From contig OZ316898.1 of assembly GCA_973895155.1 (NCBI GenBank), positions 5,753,079 through 5,817,078 of the forward strand: a stretch of DNA of 64,000 bases, given 5' to 3'. Made by a program: the position numbers and the translations under genes. Positions 35,901 through 47,100 of this stretch are shown here, piece after piece. Below the pieces are notes generated by a model. It made no database searches and was not told where the DNA came from. It saw only the letters and a list, made by a program, of their open reading frames with translations. Source of the stretch: Marsupella aquatica. Its lineage: Eukaryota > Plantae > Marchantiophyta. Numbering within the stretch: position 1 is the stretch's first letter; every line of letters begins with the position of its first letter.

Positions 35901-38900
35901 ACGAACTAGGAACTGTAAAGTGTGCCAAAACACGTCAACAAGCATCTCCCGTACCTTTCATTCCCTTCGACCTTCCCAAGAAGGCACGTTATTGCTTCAA
36001 AGCATACCCTTTCGCTTGGATCCAAAAGAAGTTGATAAAGAATAGTTCTGAAGTGAGCTTTTAAGTCTGGCTTCTCTACACAACCAAGTAATAAACGCAA
36101 TGTAAGAGTTTTTATGAGTGAGGTATCTCCCATTCACAAGTTGGCCTTTCCAAAAGATGAACTTATCCACGGTTTGGCGATTGCTGACAGCGACTTACCA
36201 TCAAGGGCAGGAGCACTGCATAGTATGTAACAGAGTCGTGCGAGATAAACTCGGGCCAAAACATCGTTCATTTGCAAAACCTCCTGTAACGATCCTACAT
36301 TCTCGCACATGGAACTTAGTCAGATGCTCAGTTTATTTCGTTAAAGACTCATAAGAGTAAAAACTTTTAAAGTGCCAATCTACACAAAGCTCTCATACAG
36401 AGACAGGAACACAGAACAGAATAATGTGAACAAAACCAAATAAAGAATAACCAGGTTGAAATTGAAGAGGGAAGAGGGAAGAGGGAGAAAGAAGAACTAC
36501 CTCCCGCAAGAGAGAGCTTGGCTGCAAAGACAGACGTGGCAGAAAATAACAAGAAAAATGAATGAGTATGGTAATATTGTCAGAGCCTACTGAGCTTCAT
36601 TGGTTAGATAAAAAGACTAGCTCAACTCACAGGTATCATTCGTGCAAAGAATCTTTGAATGCCAGTATGAAGGCTTAGTTGGGTAGTCCTCTAGCAATCT
36701 GGATATCTAGGGTACAATAATTATGAAGCAGTGGAGACATGAATGTTCCTAAACAGTGCGTTAATCACACTGTCCAAAGGTATGAGATATCAGAAACCTT
36801 ACCCACTGCAATAGCAACACTATAGGGATCTCCTGGGGCCAACTCTGAAACCATTGCCAGTGCATGCCGCACTCCCACAGGATCCGCACATGCTATACTG
36901 TCTCGAACGAAAATGGATCAGAGATAATGCAGGAAAGTACACTCTTTAGAACACCTCCTGTGAGCGAATCTGAAGGGATAATCTCAGAGGCTAAACTCAA
37001 AAAGGGTGTCCTTATGATCCTGACGCCCAACTTCAATTCTATATTTATGGATCCTTGCATGCATATCGTTGCACCTATATCCATGATAAGCCTATCTAGT
37101 AGGCACGCAGCTTTCATATGCACCACGTAAATTTAAAGGAGGCACCAAGCACTCAGCTCAAATTCGAAAAGGCCAGCGCTCATAATATACTGACATTACA
37201 GGCATTTGAGATGGCAACTGAATCGTGATGAAGAGCTGCGTTGAAATAGACCTTGTAAATCTTGTTGTTTAGAAGTGACATACCCTTGAACAGCACGATG
37301 AAGGAAAGCAGGATTCTCTGGGTCTAGCGGTAACCGCCGTAGGGTACTGAGAGCAGCATACTGCAGATTACTGCGTGTGGCGGACTGGAGAACAACGAAA
37401 CTTTATTTAGTTGCCGTATGAATCTCCGTCACGTACATGAAATAGGTACAGTTGCTTTCAATAACGCATTACACACGGTTCTTCGATCTATCCCTTTCTT
37501 TCTTCACAAAGCCTGTCTTCCGTAGATGAGGCAAAGATCTTCTCCATCACTTGTGTACAATACAACAAGGACGACTAAACTAATCAATCTAAATAGCAGT
37601 GATGATGTGAGACTTACTGCTACGTTCTTGTGCAACTAGGCTCCCAGACGATCTCTGGTGAACAAAAAACCTACGGGGAAACCCACAGCCAGGAAGCAAA
37701 ATTGAATATTTCAGTTTACCTCCTTATTTACAGTTTGTCTACCAAAAATGCCCCTCTTTCTCCTCAATTTTCCAGCATCTGCAACCTGCAGAATGCAGAA
37801 TACATCACCTGTGGTTACTCCCAGGGCTGGCAAGTGGTCTCAATATGGTCGAATATAACAGTGAAGTACAATGAACCAGTGACAAAGAACAATTACTCAA
37901 CTGACTGAGAAGGAAAAGAGCAACCTCAAAATCGCGAGTAGGAGCATACCAAAGCTATTAGCACGAGTGGTGGACGTACCTTATCCAGAATTTTGAATAC
38001 AATTATGTAAGACTTCTCTAAAATGTCCTCATCGGTTATTGGGGCAAAGCTAAGTGCCTTGAGAGCAGCAATTCTCCTTTCGTGAACTGCAACCCAGACA
38101 AAAACAGTTATTCCATTTTAACACCCACTATACTACCAAGCAACACGGCTGCATGGTTCACTTAGTCACCTGTATTCTTAGCATCTGCAGCTTCCTTGGT
38201 GAGGCGATCAACAATTTGAGGTATCACATCTGCTCTTGTAACTGAGCCCGCAGCATTCAAAGTAGCAAGAGCATCCCAATTAGGTGTTGGCACCCCACCT
38301 CCTGGAGCAGTACCTGGGATTCCACTCTCTGCAAGTACTCGGGCCAGGTAGTAGTACACATATCTTACAACACGCCTGTCATCTGCTTGTTCATGCAACT
38401 GTGCAGTTGGACAACAGGGTAAGACACTACAGCTGCACAAATCTGGACCAAGACTCGTAGGTAATCCGATCCTGGACTAACGATCCATCAAGATAGTTGA
38501 TGGATTTTGTCATCACTAACTATCCATCAACTTCTGGAAACAAGAGTCTGTTTACTTTCTTCATCTTGCTGGATCTAACAAGTTAAATCTTTTGATGCCA
38601 ATAGTACTCAAATAGATGCGCTACTGCTCTGGGCAGCTTGTCTATCAATTCCCGTGAATTCAGTTAACTTGCAGAGTCCGCCAACATTGGGAAACCTCCT
38701 TGCAAAGGGGTGGCATAAAGTGCTGTTCATTTAGGTGATACCTTAAGTTTTCCCTTATTGCAGTCAAGGGAACCATGATTGACTACTCTCAAGTCATTGC
38801 AAGGAGAGAATTTTACCTTGAGCAGAGAGGGCACCAAAGAAAGGTCCACAGAGTTGTATATAGCAAGCTTAGGGAAAACTTGGTACCGCAACTGCTTTTG

Positions 38901-39575
38901 AGCACTTTTCTGTACGGCAAATCACGATGAAGTGTTAGCTGACTTGACTGCACACTGTGTAGCACGGTTCAACATGGGGCTAACTGGGTAAGCAAGCACA
39001 TAAAAGTGTTTCGTACAGAAAATGATGACGGTTATCCATTCACCCAAGCAGTCGGATTGGGAGAGCAATGCAGATGACGAAGGCACCAAAACGTATTGTG
39101 TGCTTGAATACCTGATCTTCAACTCCAACAAGCTCGTTGAGCAATCTGGCGAGCTGGGAGTATGTAAGTGCCTGTAACAATACAAAAGAGGGTTAACCTT
39201 AGCAGATCTATTTAAAATGTAGCATAAGCGGTGATTGACCATTCACAGGGGTCGATCATATCCATTTCAGTTCGTTGCAGCTACATTGGGAATAAAAAGG
39301 AAGAGATGACAACTAGTCATAAAAATTCCGGATCATTCATCCAAAAGAGCGAGACCTGCCAGACAGACCAAAATGAATCTGACCAACAAACGAACCTTTC
39401 TCCTTCGCTGTCCGAGTCCATATCGTTGCGGTGGAGGTGACGAAACTCTGGCTGGAGATTCGGATTGCGCCGAGAGGGACACTCCAGCGCCAGTCGTGGG
39501 TAATTTTTTTCCAGATCCAGGTGCCCCGGGCGGGAGAGGGTCCGCAGATAGGAGATCCATTAGCGCCGTTGCCAT
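29994..39575 (-). CDS. TASH3: TPLATE/TSET complex subunit TASH3 (helical trunk plus C-terminal SH3), 26 coding exons, about 1181 aa
   Basis: Exons in transcription order: 39575-39396, 39171-39112, 38909-38817, 38398-38170, 38086-37980, 37785-37720, 37384-37284, 36897-36803, 36521-36501, 36294-36199, 36075-35955, 35730-35515, 35010-34850, 34751-34468, 34270-34169, 34014-33847, 33590-33402, 32930-32689, 32332-32186, 32045-31802, 31691-31551, 31424-31311, 30865-30791, 30630-30472, 30385-30326, 30068-29994. All introns are GT-AG and phases are consistent (3546 nt). Recognised peptides: LMDLLSADP, VFPKLAIYNSVD, VRYVYYYLARVL, VWFLGENANYAASEYAW, and SH3 ALYDFTAGGDEE..EYEVDGWYY..GLVPVLY. Boundaries in the 30.8-31.3 kb linker are less certain. 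Confidence 0.9.
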
Positions 39576-41704
39576 TGGCGTGGACGCCTTGCCTCTTCTC
39601 AGATAGTCAATCAATGCTGACGAAATAAATGACAAAGGAAGGAGAAAGGACCCCTCAGCTCCTACATTGTTGCAATGACACCCAGCAGTAGAACCCGGGA
39701 ACTCCGAACAGCAAATCTATCGACCCACACGCCACAATGCGACCAAAGCATCCCACACCACGCAAGTTGCACTCACTTATTTGGACGGTAACCCTGGAGA
39801 AAAACCAAATATGCTATGCACCCATTTGCTTTTAGATCGTCAACTCTCAGTGAAGCAGTCTGCATTCTAGGGTGGACACCTCCGCCACAATCTCGAGAGA
39901 GAAATACACAGGACCTGAGTTCTACTGTGAACCTTCCAAGGCGTGTCACAATTTCTATATCAAGGACACTGCTCCCAGTCTACAAAACACACTCGGAAAA
40001 CCAATACAATTCGCACGGCCCAACACAGTTTGCAGATAGGGAGGCAACGAATATATCTTTATGTTGGGAAAACCCTAGTCTCCAGCAGATGACAACTCCA
40101 TACATTCTAGATCAAGCATTAATTTGACGCAGACCACACCAAAGCTTCTCGTGAATGAACATTTCTACTACAGTAGGTACGAACACCGGAAACCCAGCTG
40201 GAATGGAAGAAAGGGGGGAACGCCACCAGGCCAGTCCTCGAATCTCTCAAAGAACGCTCACTGTGACCTCTGACCGAGATCCAACCCAGGGTTGAAGCAG
40301 TCTGCCGCGTAGCAACAACGGATCCGAGAACCTGAGAGTCAAGGAAACGGTGCACTTGGTTAGTGTCCCGCCTCTCATATACAATCTTCAAGTCTTTAAC
40401 ATTTCTCGGGTTGATCTAATTATTTGTTCTTGGACTTTTGAAAATACAGCAAATTAATAGTGGAACTGTGTCATCAAAATGACTGACACATTGCTTTCGG
40501 ACCAACTGGACATCCAGGGCCCTACCTTGCTTTTGACAGGCGCCAGGATCAGCAATCCAGCTGATGCTTTATAATTATGTTAATTTGTCAACTCACTTTT
40601 TTCCATCAGCAAAGCTTTCAGCTTTGAGGGAGACGCTTCTACAACTCGCCTCCTGTTCAATTATGTAACTGATATGTTAACTCTCATTATCCTAGCACAC
40701 AGAGTTTGGTCGTGAGTACACTGCGTCCACCAGTGATATTTAAGCACTTGTGCTGATAATAAGTATGTCATTTGCAGAAACCACAACGGTGGCCGGCAGC
40801 AGTGGAAGACCTCAAATGGGCATTAAGCTAGAAGGGCACACTCCATCATTTGAGGCTCTTGGTGCTTCTGGCAATTAGTCACTTGCACTCTGGTTGTCTG
40901 AAAGTCCCTTTCAATAAAATTAAGCACGTAGCAGCATGGTCACGAATTCTAATCAGATTTCTGATGAATGTACCCACCTTTTCAATCCAGAAAACGAAGC
41001 AATGACAACACTTTTGACTTCACAGAGGCAAGGTGTAAACACAGCATTATCGGTGCAGTCATGCTGTAATGACTCGGCGTCATGAGCGCAGAGAATGTCC
41101 CACGCACGCAGAAGTTTTGGTTAGAAGAGGCTTTAAAGTGAATATGCCCATGCGAGATCTGGCCAGAAGTGGAATTCGAAATGCTGGAGCTTCTGAGCAT
41201 TCTGTATAAAGGAAAGATGCGAGGGACTCTGCTATTTCGAAATGCGAGACCTCTGGCAGTTTTGTGTTGTGGGTTCCTCTTTCCCTTCTTTGAGAAAAAA
41301 AAATTGATGTTCCCTATGGTAATTGCGCTATGTATGAGACTGCCCAAAAAACATAAGGGCCCCAACTGAGACAAGATAATTGCACTATATATGATTTCTC
41401 GCTTTGAGGACGATGTTCACTTAGCAGAATAAAAGTGTCCCCAATTTTAAGTTATGTTTTAAATAGCGGAAATCCATTTATTGATAACAGCCTGCAACAT
41501 ACAAGAAAAATGTTCCCATTTTGATGGAAAAATGGGCAACAGAAACGTGGCATTGCTACTTTTATCAGTACATAAACCCATCAACTACGTTTCAAAGGCA
41601 TGGATTGGATTCCTCCATCTGCCGAAGTGTGCACAAGAGAGGGTGTCGAAACTCCCCGGGAAGCTGGTTTCGTGGGAAAAGCATCTTGCCCCCGAGAGAG
41701 CTCC

Positions 41705-42020
41705 AAGAGTGGGGACAGTTGAGAAGAAGAAAGCTTTTTTCTCCACTATCGACAGACTCGACTGTGAGCAATATCAAAGGAAACTATCAGCAAATTTCTC
41801 TCATAGTTGGAGAGTTGAGAAGAACAAAATAAATCTCTCTCACAATATCAAAGGAAACGACTAACACATGTCTCTAACAGTTGGGGGAGTTCAGAAGTAA
41901 GAACAAAAGAAACGACCAACAAATTGCTCTCACAGTGGGGAGAGTTGAGAAGAACAACGCTTGTTCTGCACTATCCAGAGTCTCGAAATGTGAGTAATAT
42001 AGAAGGAAATGGACAACACA
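41705..42020. repeat. Degenerate tandem repeats
   Basis: CAGTTGG.GAGTTGAGAAGAACAA-like unit about 4 times; AATATCAAAGGAAAC-like motif 3 times. Confidence 0.6.
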
Positions 42021-42794
42021 CATTGTTTCTCCCTGGATCATTTGCACAGGACGGGGTTACAGTGATGACCCGCCACTGGCCACCATCGTGTAGAACCCGA
42101 CCCAATCGGCGGAAAAGGGCTTCCTGGGCCAGCTTTGACACCCCCTAAATAAACTACATTAATTCATGGACTCAGCCACTGTTGAGGTAAGAATAGGTTT
42201 GTACAATCAATAATTGACGTAGTGTACACAGTGAATGGTGGATATTGACATCGGTCTGTTACAGTCATCACAAATCCAAGGGATTCTCCATGCAACTCAT
42301 TTGCGTCGGAATGTGTGCCTCTCACACCACAAAAGCATACCGTATCGAACCCAATGAAAGCCAGATCGACCTGTCCTGTGCACGACCTCCAGAGAAAGCA
42401 CAGGCAATCATCTTCATCGTCTTCCCTCTGGACTGTAGAGGCTAAGTCGGGAGAGGAGTAGAGACTAGCCCATCATCTCCAATAATAACATTTTTTTAGT
42501 GTGCTGGTAAGTGACGGTCAATTTACTTGTCTTGTGCTGTGGGAGCATTGAACTATGGGACTGCCTGCCTCCCCCAGTACAAGAACTCTCGATAGAAAGA
42601 CAACCTTTAAAGTGAATGCACAACAGCACGACTGCTGGACTGTCCTTGACAATCAAAAAGCTGGCCCACTGGAAGAAACCCTGATCAATGTCCGGTCTTA
42701 AACCACACCTTGTGACTCACTAGGTTGTGATTCATTTTTGGCACAATACATATTTTGTCACATAATCTTTTCTATTTATCATAATGTCATTGTT

Positions 42795-42950
42795 TTTGTT
42801 TATAGGTTAAGAAAATTAACTCATGTTAGCTTGTTCACATCCAGTTTCTTGATCAAATGGTTTGGGTCCCCCTCAAGGTGACTTTGACCACCCTTGGATC
42901 GGCTGATCAAGAGTTGGGTCGGTGGTCCCGTCCTTGCTCACAACCTACGC
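42795..42950 (+). repeat. Dispersed repeat shared with about 49820-49990
   Basis: TTTGTTT.TA.GTTAAGAAAATTAAC..CCAGTTTC.TGATCA.ATGG.TTGGGTC..CCTCAAGGTGA at both sites. The second copy has a CCTCAAGGTGAAT/ATTCACCTTGAGG inverted repeat (about 49911 and 50057). Confidence 0.65.
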
Positions 42951-44184
42951 TCAGCCTCTGTCTCTATCCTCCTGATGGTGGCAACCGGAGCCGTCTGATT
43001 GCGGAACTAGGTGTGATGAAAGCCATAGGATGTGAAGGAGAGCCATTGGATGTGAGGGAGCTAACCCAAGTTCCTTTTCTTAACCCACAAATGAAAACAG
43101 TGGCAATATGATAAAAATAGAAAAAAAATCAATGGCAAGGTATATATTATGCCAAAAAGGAGTGGTAGTCTAGTAAATCTCAGTTAAAAGCTATGAGTAG
43201 CCCTGAGCTACCATTAAAAGTAACTTTTCTGTGTAACAGTGGAGGAAATTGGCATTGTGAGGAGAGAAATGATTGGAATGTGGAGAAAAGGGGAGGTCTT
43301 ATTTTATGCCTTGAATACCAAAAGCTGACCCGTCCAAATAATGTCGAAAAAGGGGAAGGTCTTGGGCACTTCTCCCTTATAGGGCCAGTGGTGATTTAAG
43401 GAGTGTACTCCTCTCACGGTAGTTTCTAAAATTCTTGTTCCTAGGACCAGCTCCACCTGTCTTGTTCAGCACCCCAACCTTTTGTCCTTTGGGGTGCTGC
43501 CACTTGGCTTACTCCTCCCCCCTCCCCTTCTCTCTTGTATGCTGGTTATTTGAATGAAATTCATTTAGTCTTTCGAGGCAGCCTAACTATGGGAGCATTT
43601 CAATTGGAAGCTCAATTGTATTATGACTGAAGCCAGACCCGAAGCCAGACTGCAGGAGCATAGTGCCAGTTCCTAGTTCCACACTCGACCTCAGATGTGC
43701 CCCAAAGGGTAATTATGGTCTAAAGGCTTCACACTTGAAATGTAGATCTTGTCTGACTTAGCTTTTGATTGCACCTTGTTAGATAGATTAAGAAGGACAA
43801 GCTCAAGTTCTTTATTACTAGCCAGAGTACCTATGCGCATTCACAAGAAGAGCTCCCCCTGTACCCAAACTTCTCATGCCCATCTCTATCACAAGAATAG
43901 TCTAGATATCAAAATGTGTAATTATCAGATAAATTTTGGTCTACAGTTTCACTCCACAAAGTAGGTCATCAACCGTAGACTTCAATTAACTTCTATAATA
44001 AATAGTTGTGCCTTTTTATAGCGTGGTCGTCATTTGAATTTGAAGGGCACAAAAATTAAAAAATCTGACCAAGAGAAGGAATAAACCAAACTTATATTAT
44101 ATTTGGAGTGACATGTTTTCCAAACAATAAATAGAGGGGAATGCCAAGAATGACAATGCACAATAATGAGTACTTTATGGACCA

Positions 44185-45437
44185 TCTATGTATAGTACTT
44201 TATGTACCATCTACGTATAGTACTATACCCATGATTACAAATATTACATACTGTAATAAAAAATATCAAAACCAAAAAATAATACAAAAGCGGTAAAAGA
44301 GGGGGGGTGGGGTGTGGGATAAAAAATTGAAAAATATAAAGACAAAAATAATTTTTAGCTGATATACTTACTTTGTGGTTGTTGTCACTCATTTTTTGCC
44401 CATGACATCTTTTACTAGATAACAATTTTTGGGTAATTATATCTTTTATTACTTAGACATGTTTTGGGCAATGATATTTTTTACTTAATGACATCTTTTG
44501 AGCAAGAAATTTATTGGCATTTTTTGCACATCTTCACCTTAACGATATTTAACGCAACGACATGTTTTACTTCACAACATCTATGACTGATGACATTTTT
44601 TTTACTTGACGACAACATTGGAGTCATGACATTTTTTTACTTGACGACATCTTTTACTTGATGACATATGTTTTACTTCACAACATTTTTGGCAACACGA
44701 TTTCTTTTTACTTGATGATATCTTTGACATAACAATATCTTTGGCGCCCCGGCATCTTTTTACTTGGCAATATCTTTCACATAATGACATCTTTTTACTT
44801 GACAATATTTTTTTACTCCATGACATCTTTGGAGACACGAATCCTTTTTTTCTGAACAACATCTTTTTACTCCACGGCTTTTTTTTAACGTCATCTTTTT
44901 ACTTTGCGTCATCTTTGGCGACACAAAATCTATTTACTTCACGACATCTTTGGCAACTCAATTTTTCTTAACAACATTTTGTGCAACGCACGGCTTTTCT
45001 TCACAACATCTTGGGCAACACGACATTTTTTCTTAAGAACACCTTGGGCGACACAATATTGTTTTTCTCAATGATGTCTTGGGCAACACGATATCTTTTT
45101 TTCAACGACATATTGGCCGACACAATATCTTTTTCCTCAAGGACATCTTGGCTGACACGACATCCTTTTCTCAACGACTTCCTGGCAGACACGACATTTT
45201 TTTTCTCAGTGACATCTTGACCGACACAACATCTTTTTTCTCAACGACCTCTTAACCGACACAACATCTTTTTTCTCAATGACCTCTTGGCCGACACAAC
45301 ATGTTTTTTCTCAACGACCTCTTAACCGACACAACATCTTTTTTCTCAACGACCTCTTGGCCGACACAACATCTTTTTTCTCAACCAAATCTTGACCGAC
45401 ACGGCATCTTTTGTACAACGCACGGGTATTGAGCTAG
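44185..45437 (+). mobile_element. Non-autonomous Helitron filled with a 35-bp minisatellite
   Basis: The 3' end TTTGTACAACGCACGGGTATTGAGCTAG|T is a deaminated form of the plant Helitron hairpin CCCGTGCAACGCACGGG followed by CTAG (45434-45437) and a host T. Candidate 5' ends are A|TCTATG at 44185 or A|TCTACG at 44210. The interior is an array of CTTGGCCGACACAACATCTTTTTTCTCAACGACCT-type units. Confidence 0.7.
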
Positions 45438-46664
45438 TCACAATATATAGATGAGTGTATTACAAAAGAAAGGTTGCATTCCGGTTGTACATGGCAACTC
45501 TTCACATGCCTACAAGAGCAGATTTTTCTTCTAATCAAAGATCCTATTTATAACCACCTGAGTGGGATCTGGTGGCTGAGGGTGGCTTATGACCAATAGT
45601 CTCAAGTTCAACATCCATTTATGTCCTTTCTGCAAATATCTTGCTCTAGCTTCCCACTAAGTCAGTTAAGAATGGGTTCATGTTCCAAAGAGTTTGGGAC
45701 AAGTTCAATGTGCAATAGGCTGCAAGCCCCTGTGGCAATAATTTAGGAATTATATAAAACTACATAAAGTATAAACCAGAGGTTTTCACCACTTGCAAGC
45801 CAGTTTGTTGCCAATTTGAAGAAAAAATATGTCCAATCACTTCAAGGTCCATCACCCTTAACTTGGTACAAAGTTAGCATTTACCTTCAGTTGGAGGGGA
45901 GACCTTGAGTTTCCAGTCCATGATGCCTTCCTAATGGTCACAGTGCAACATTGAGAAGGGGCATTAGAGGGTTCCTGATCTTCAAGCTAAAGAGGCAACA
46001 ATAACCATGCAACTATTGCAATCTTCATCATTCTTGTCATCTATCTCATTGCTTAATGCTTGAGATTTCACTCCAGCTGGTTTCGGGTTCAATCCATGTT
46101 ACATCCATCATAGGTGCTTGGTAGTTGGTTGGAACTACTTATGACAAACTTCTTATAATGCTCAGCAATATGTATTGAGGGTTTTCTCACAAGCCAATTA
46201 TAATCAAATAGCACTTTTCCTTTGGAAAAAAAATCACAATTTCTGAAAACAATAGCCTGGTTGAAAGGTCCATTGGAGTGGTCCATCAGAGCATTATTTA
46301 TGGACCCCCATGAGAAGTCTCTTGCAAATTCTCTGCCACGAGGTTGCACCACATCATCACAATCAGCCACAAACAGGAATGATCCTACTTTTAACAATGA
46401 CAAACATGCACATTCCTGTTTGTGGCAAAAGTAATGTAATTTTTGGGGTGCCATGCCGTAAATATTAAATGTAAAAAAACCAAAATACAAAGGAAGAGAT
46501 GTCATTTAGTAAAATAAAGTTACCATTATTATGTTTGTCAAAGATGTATAAGTGTTTTATATCAAAATGCTTGTATTTTTTAATTGTTTGCAAGTTTGAA
46601 AAAACCAATTGATAAAAATGTACATAGTTAAAACCCCTTTGGCTTCACATTGTAAAACTAAATA

Positions 46665-47100
46665 ATCAATCTCCTTAGTACTTGATAAAATATGTCAATG
46701 TTTGATTCATTGGAAAACTCAAGATCAAGATTTAGAAACATAGACCTCTCATTGGAAAGCTAGAGTAAAATTAAAAACTCATCATCTCCTTAGTACTTGA
46801 CAAACTATCAATGTTAGGTTCATTGGAAAACTAGAGAATTTCAGGTACTCGTGATCTCTCTAATTCTTGACAAATAGTCTCAATGTCACACATTAGAAAG
46901 CTGAAGAGATTGAAAATCTCATGATCTCTCTAGTACCGTGACAAAATCTGACAATGTCGAACTCAATGTTGGAAAGCGAAAAGAATTCATGAACTCATGA
47001 TCAAAATTTCTTATACTCACACTCATTGGAAAGGCAAAGAAATTCAAAAACTCATTTAGAACTTTACAAAATTTGTCAATCTGAGGCTCATTGGAAACCC
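46665..47100. repeat. Degenerate tandem array, about 70-bp unit
   Basis: ATCTC..TAGTACTTGA.AAA..TCAATGT..CATTGGAAA recurs about 6 times. Confidence 0.65.
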
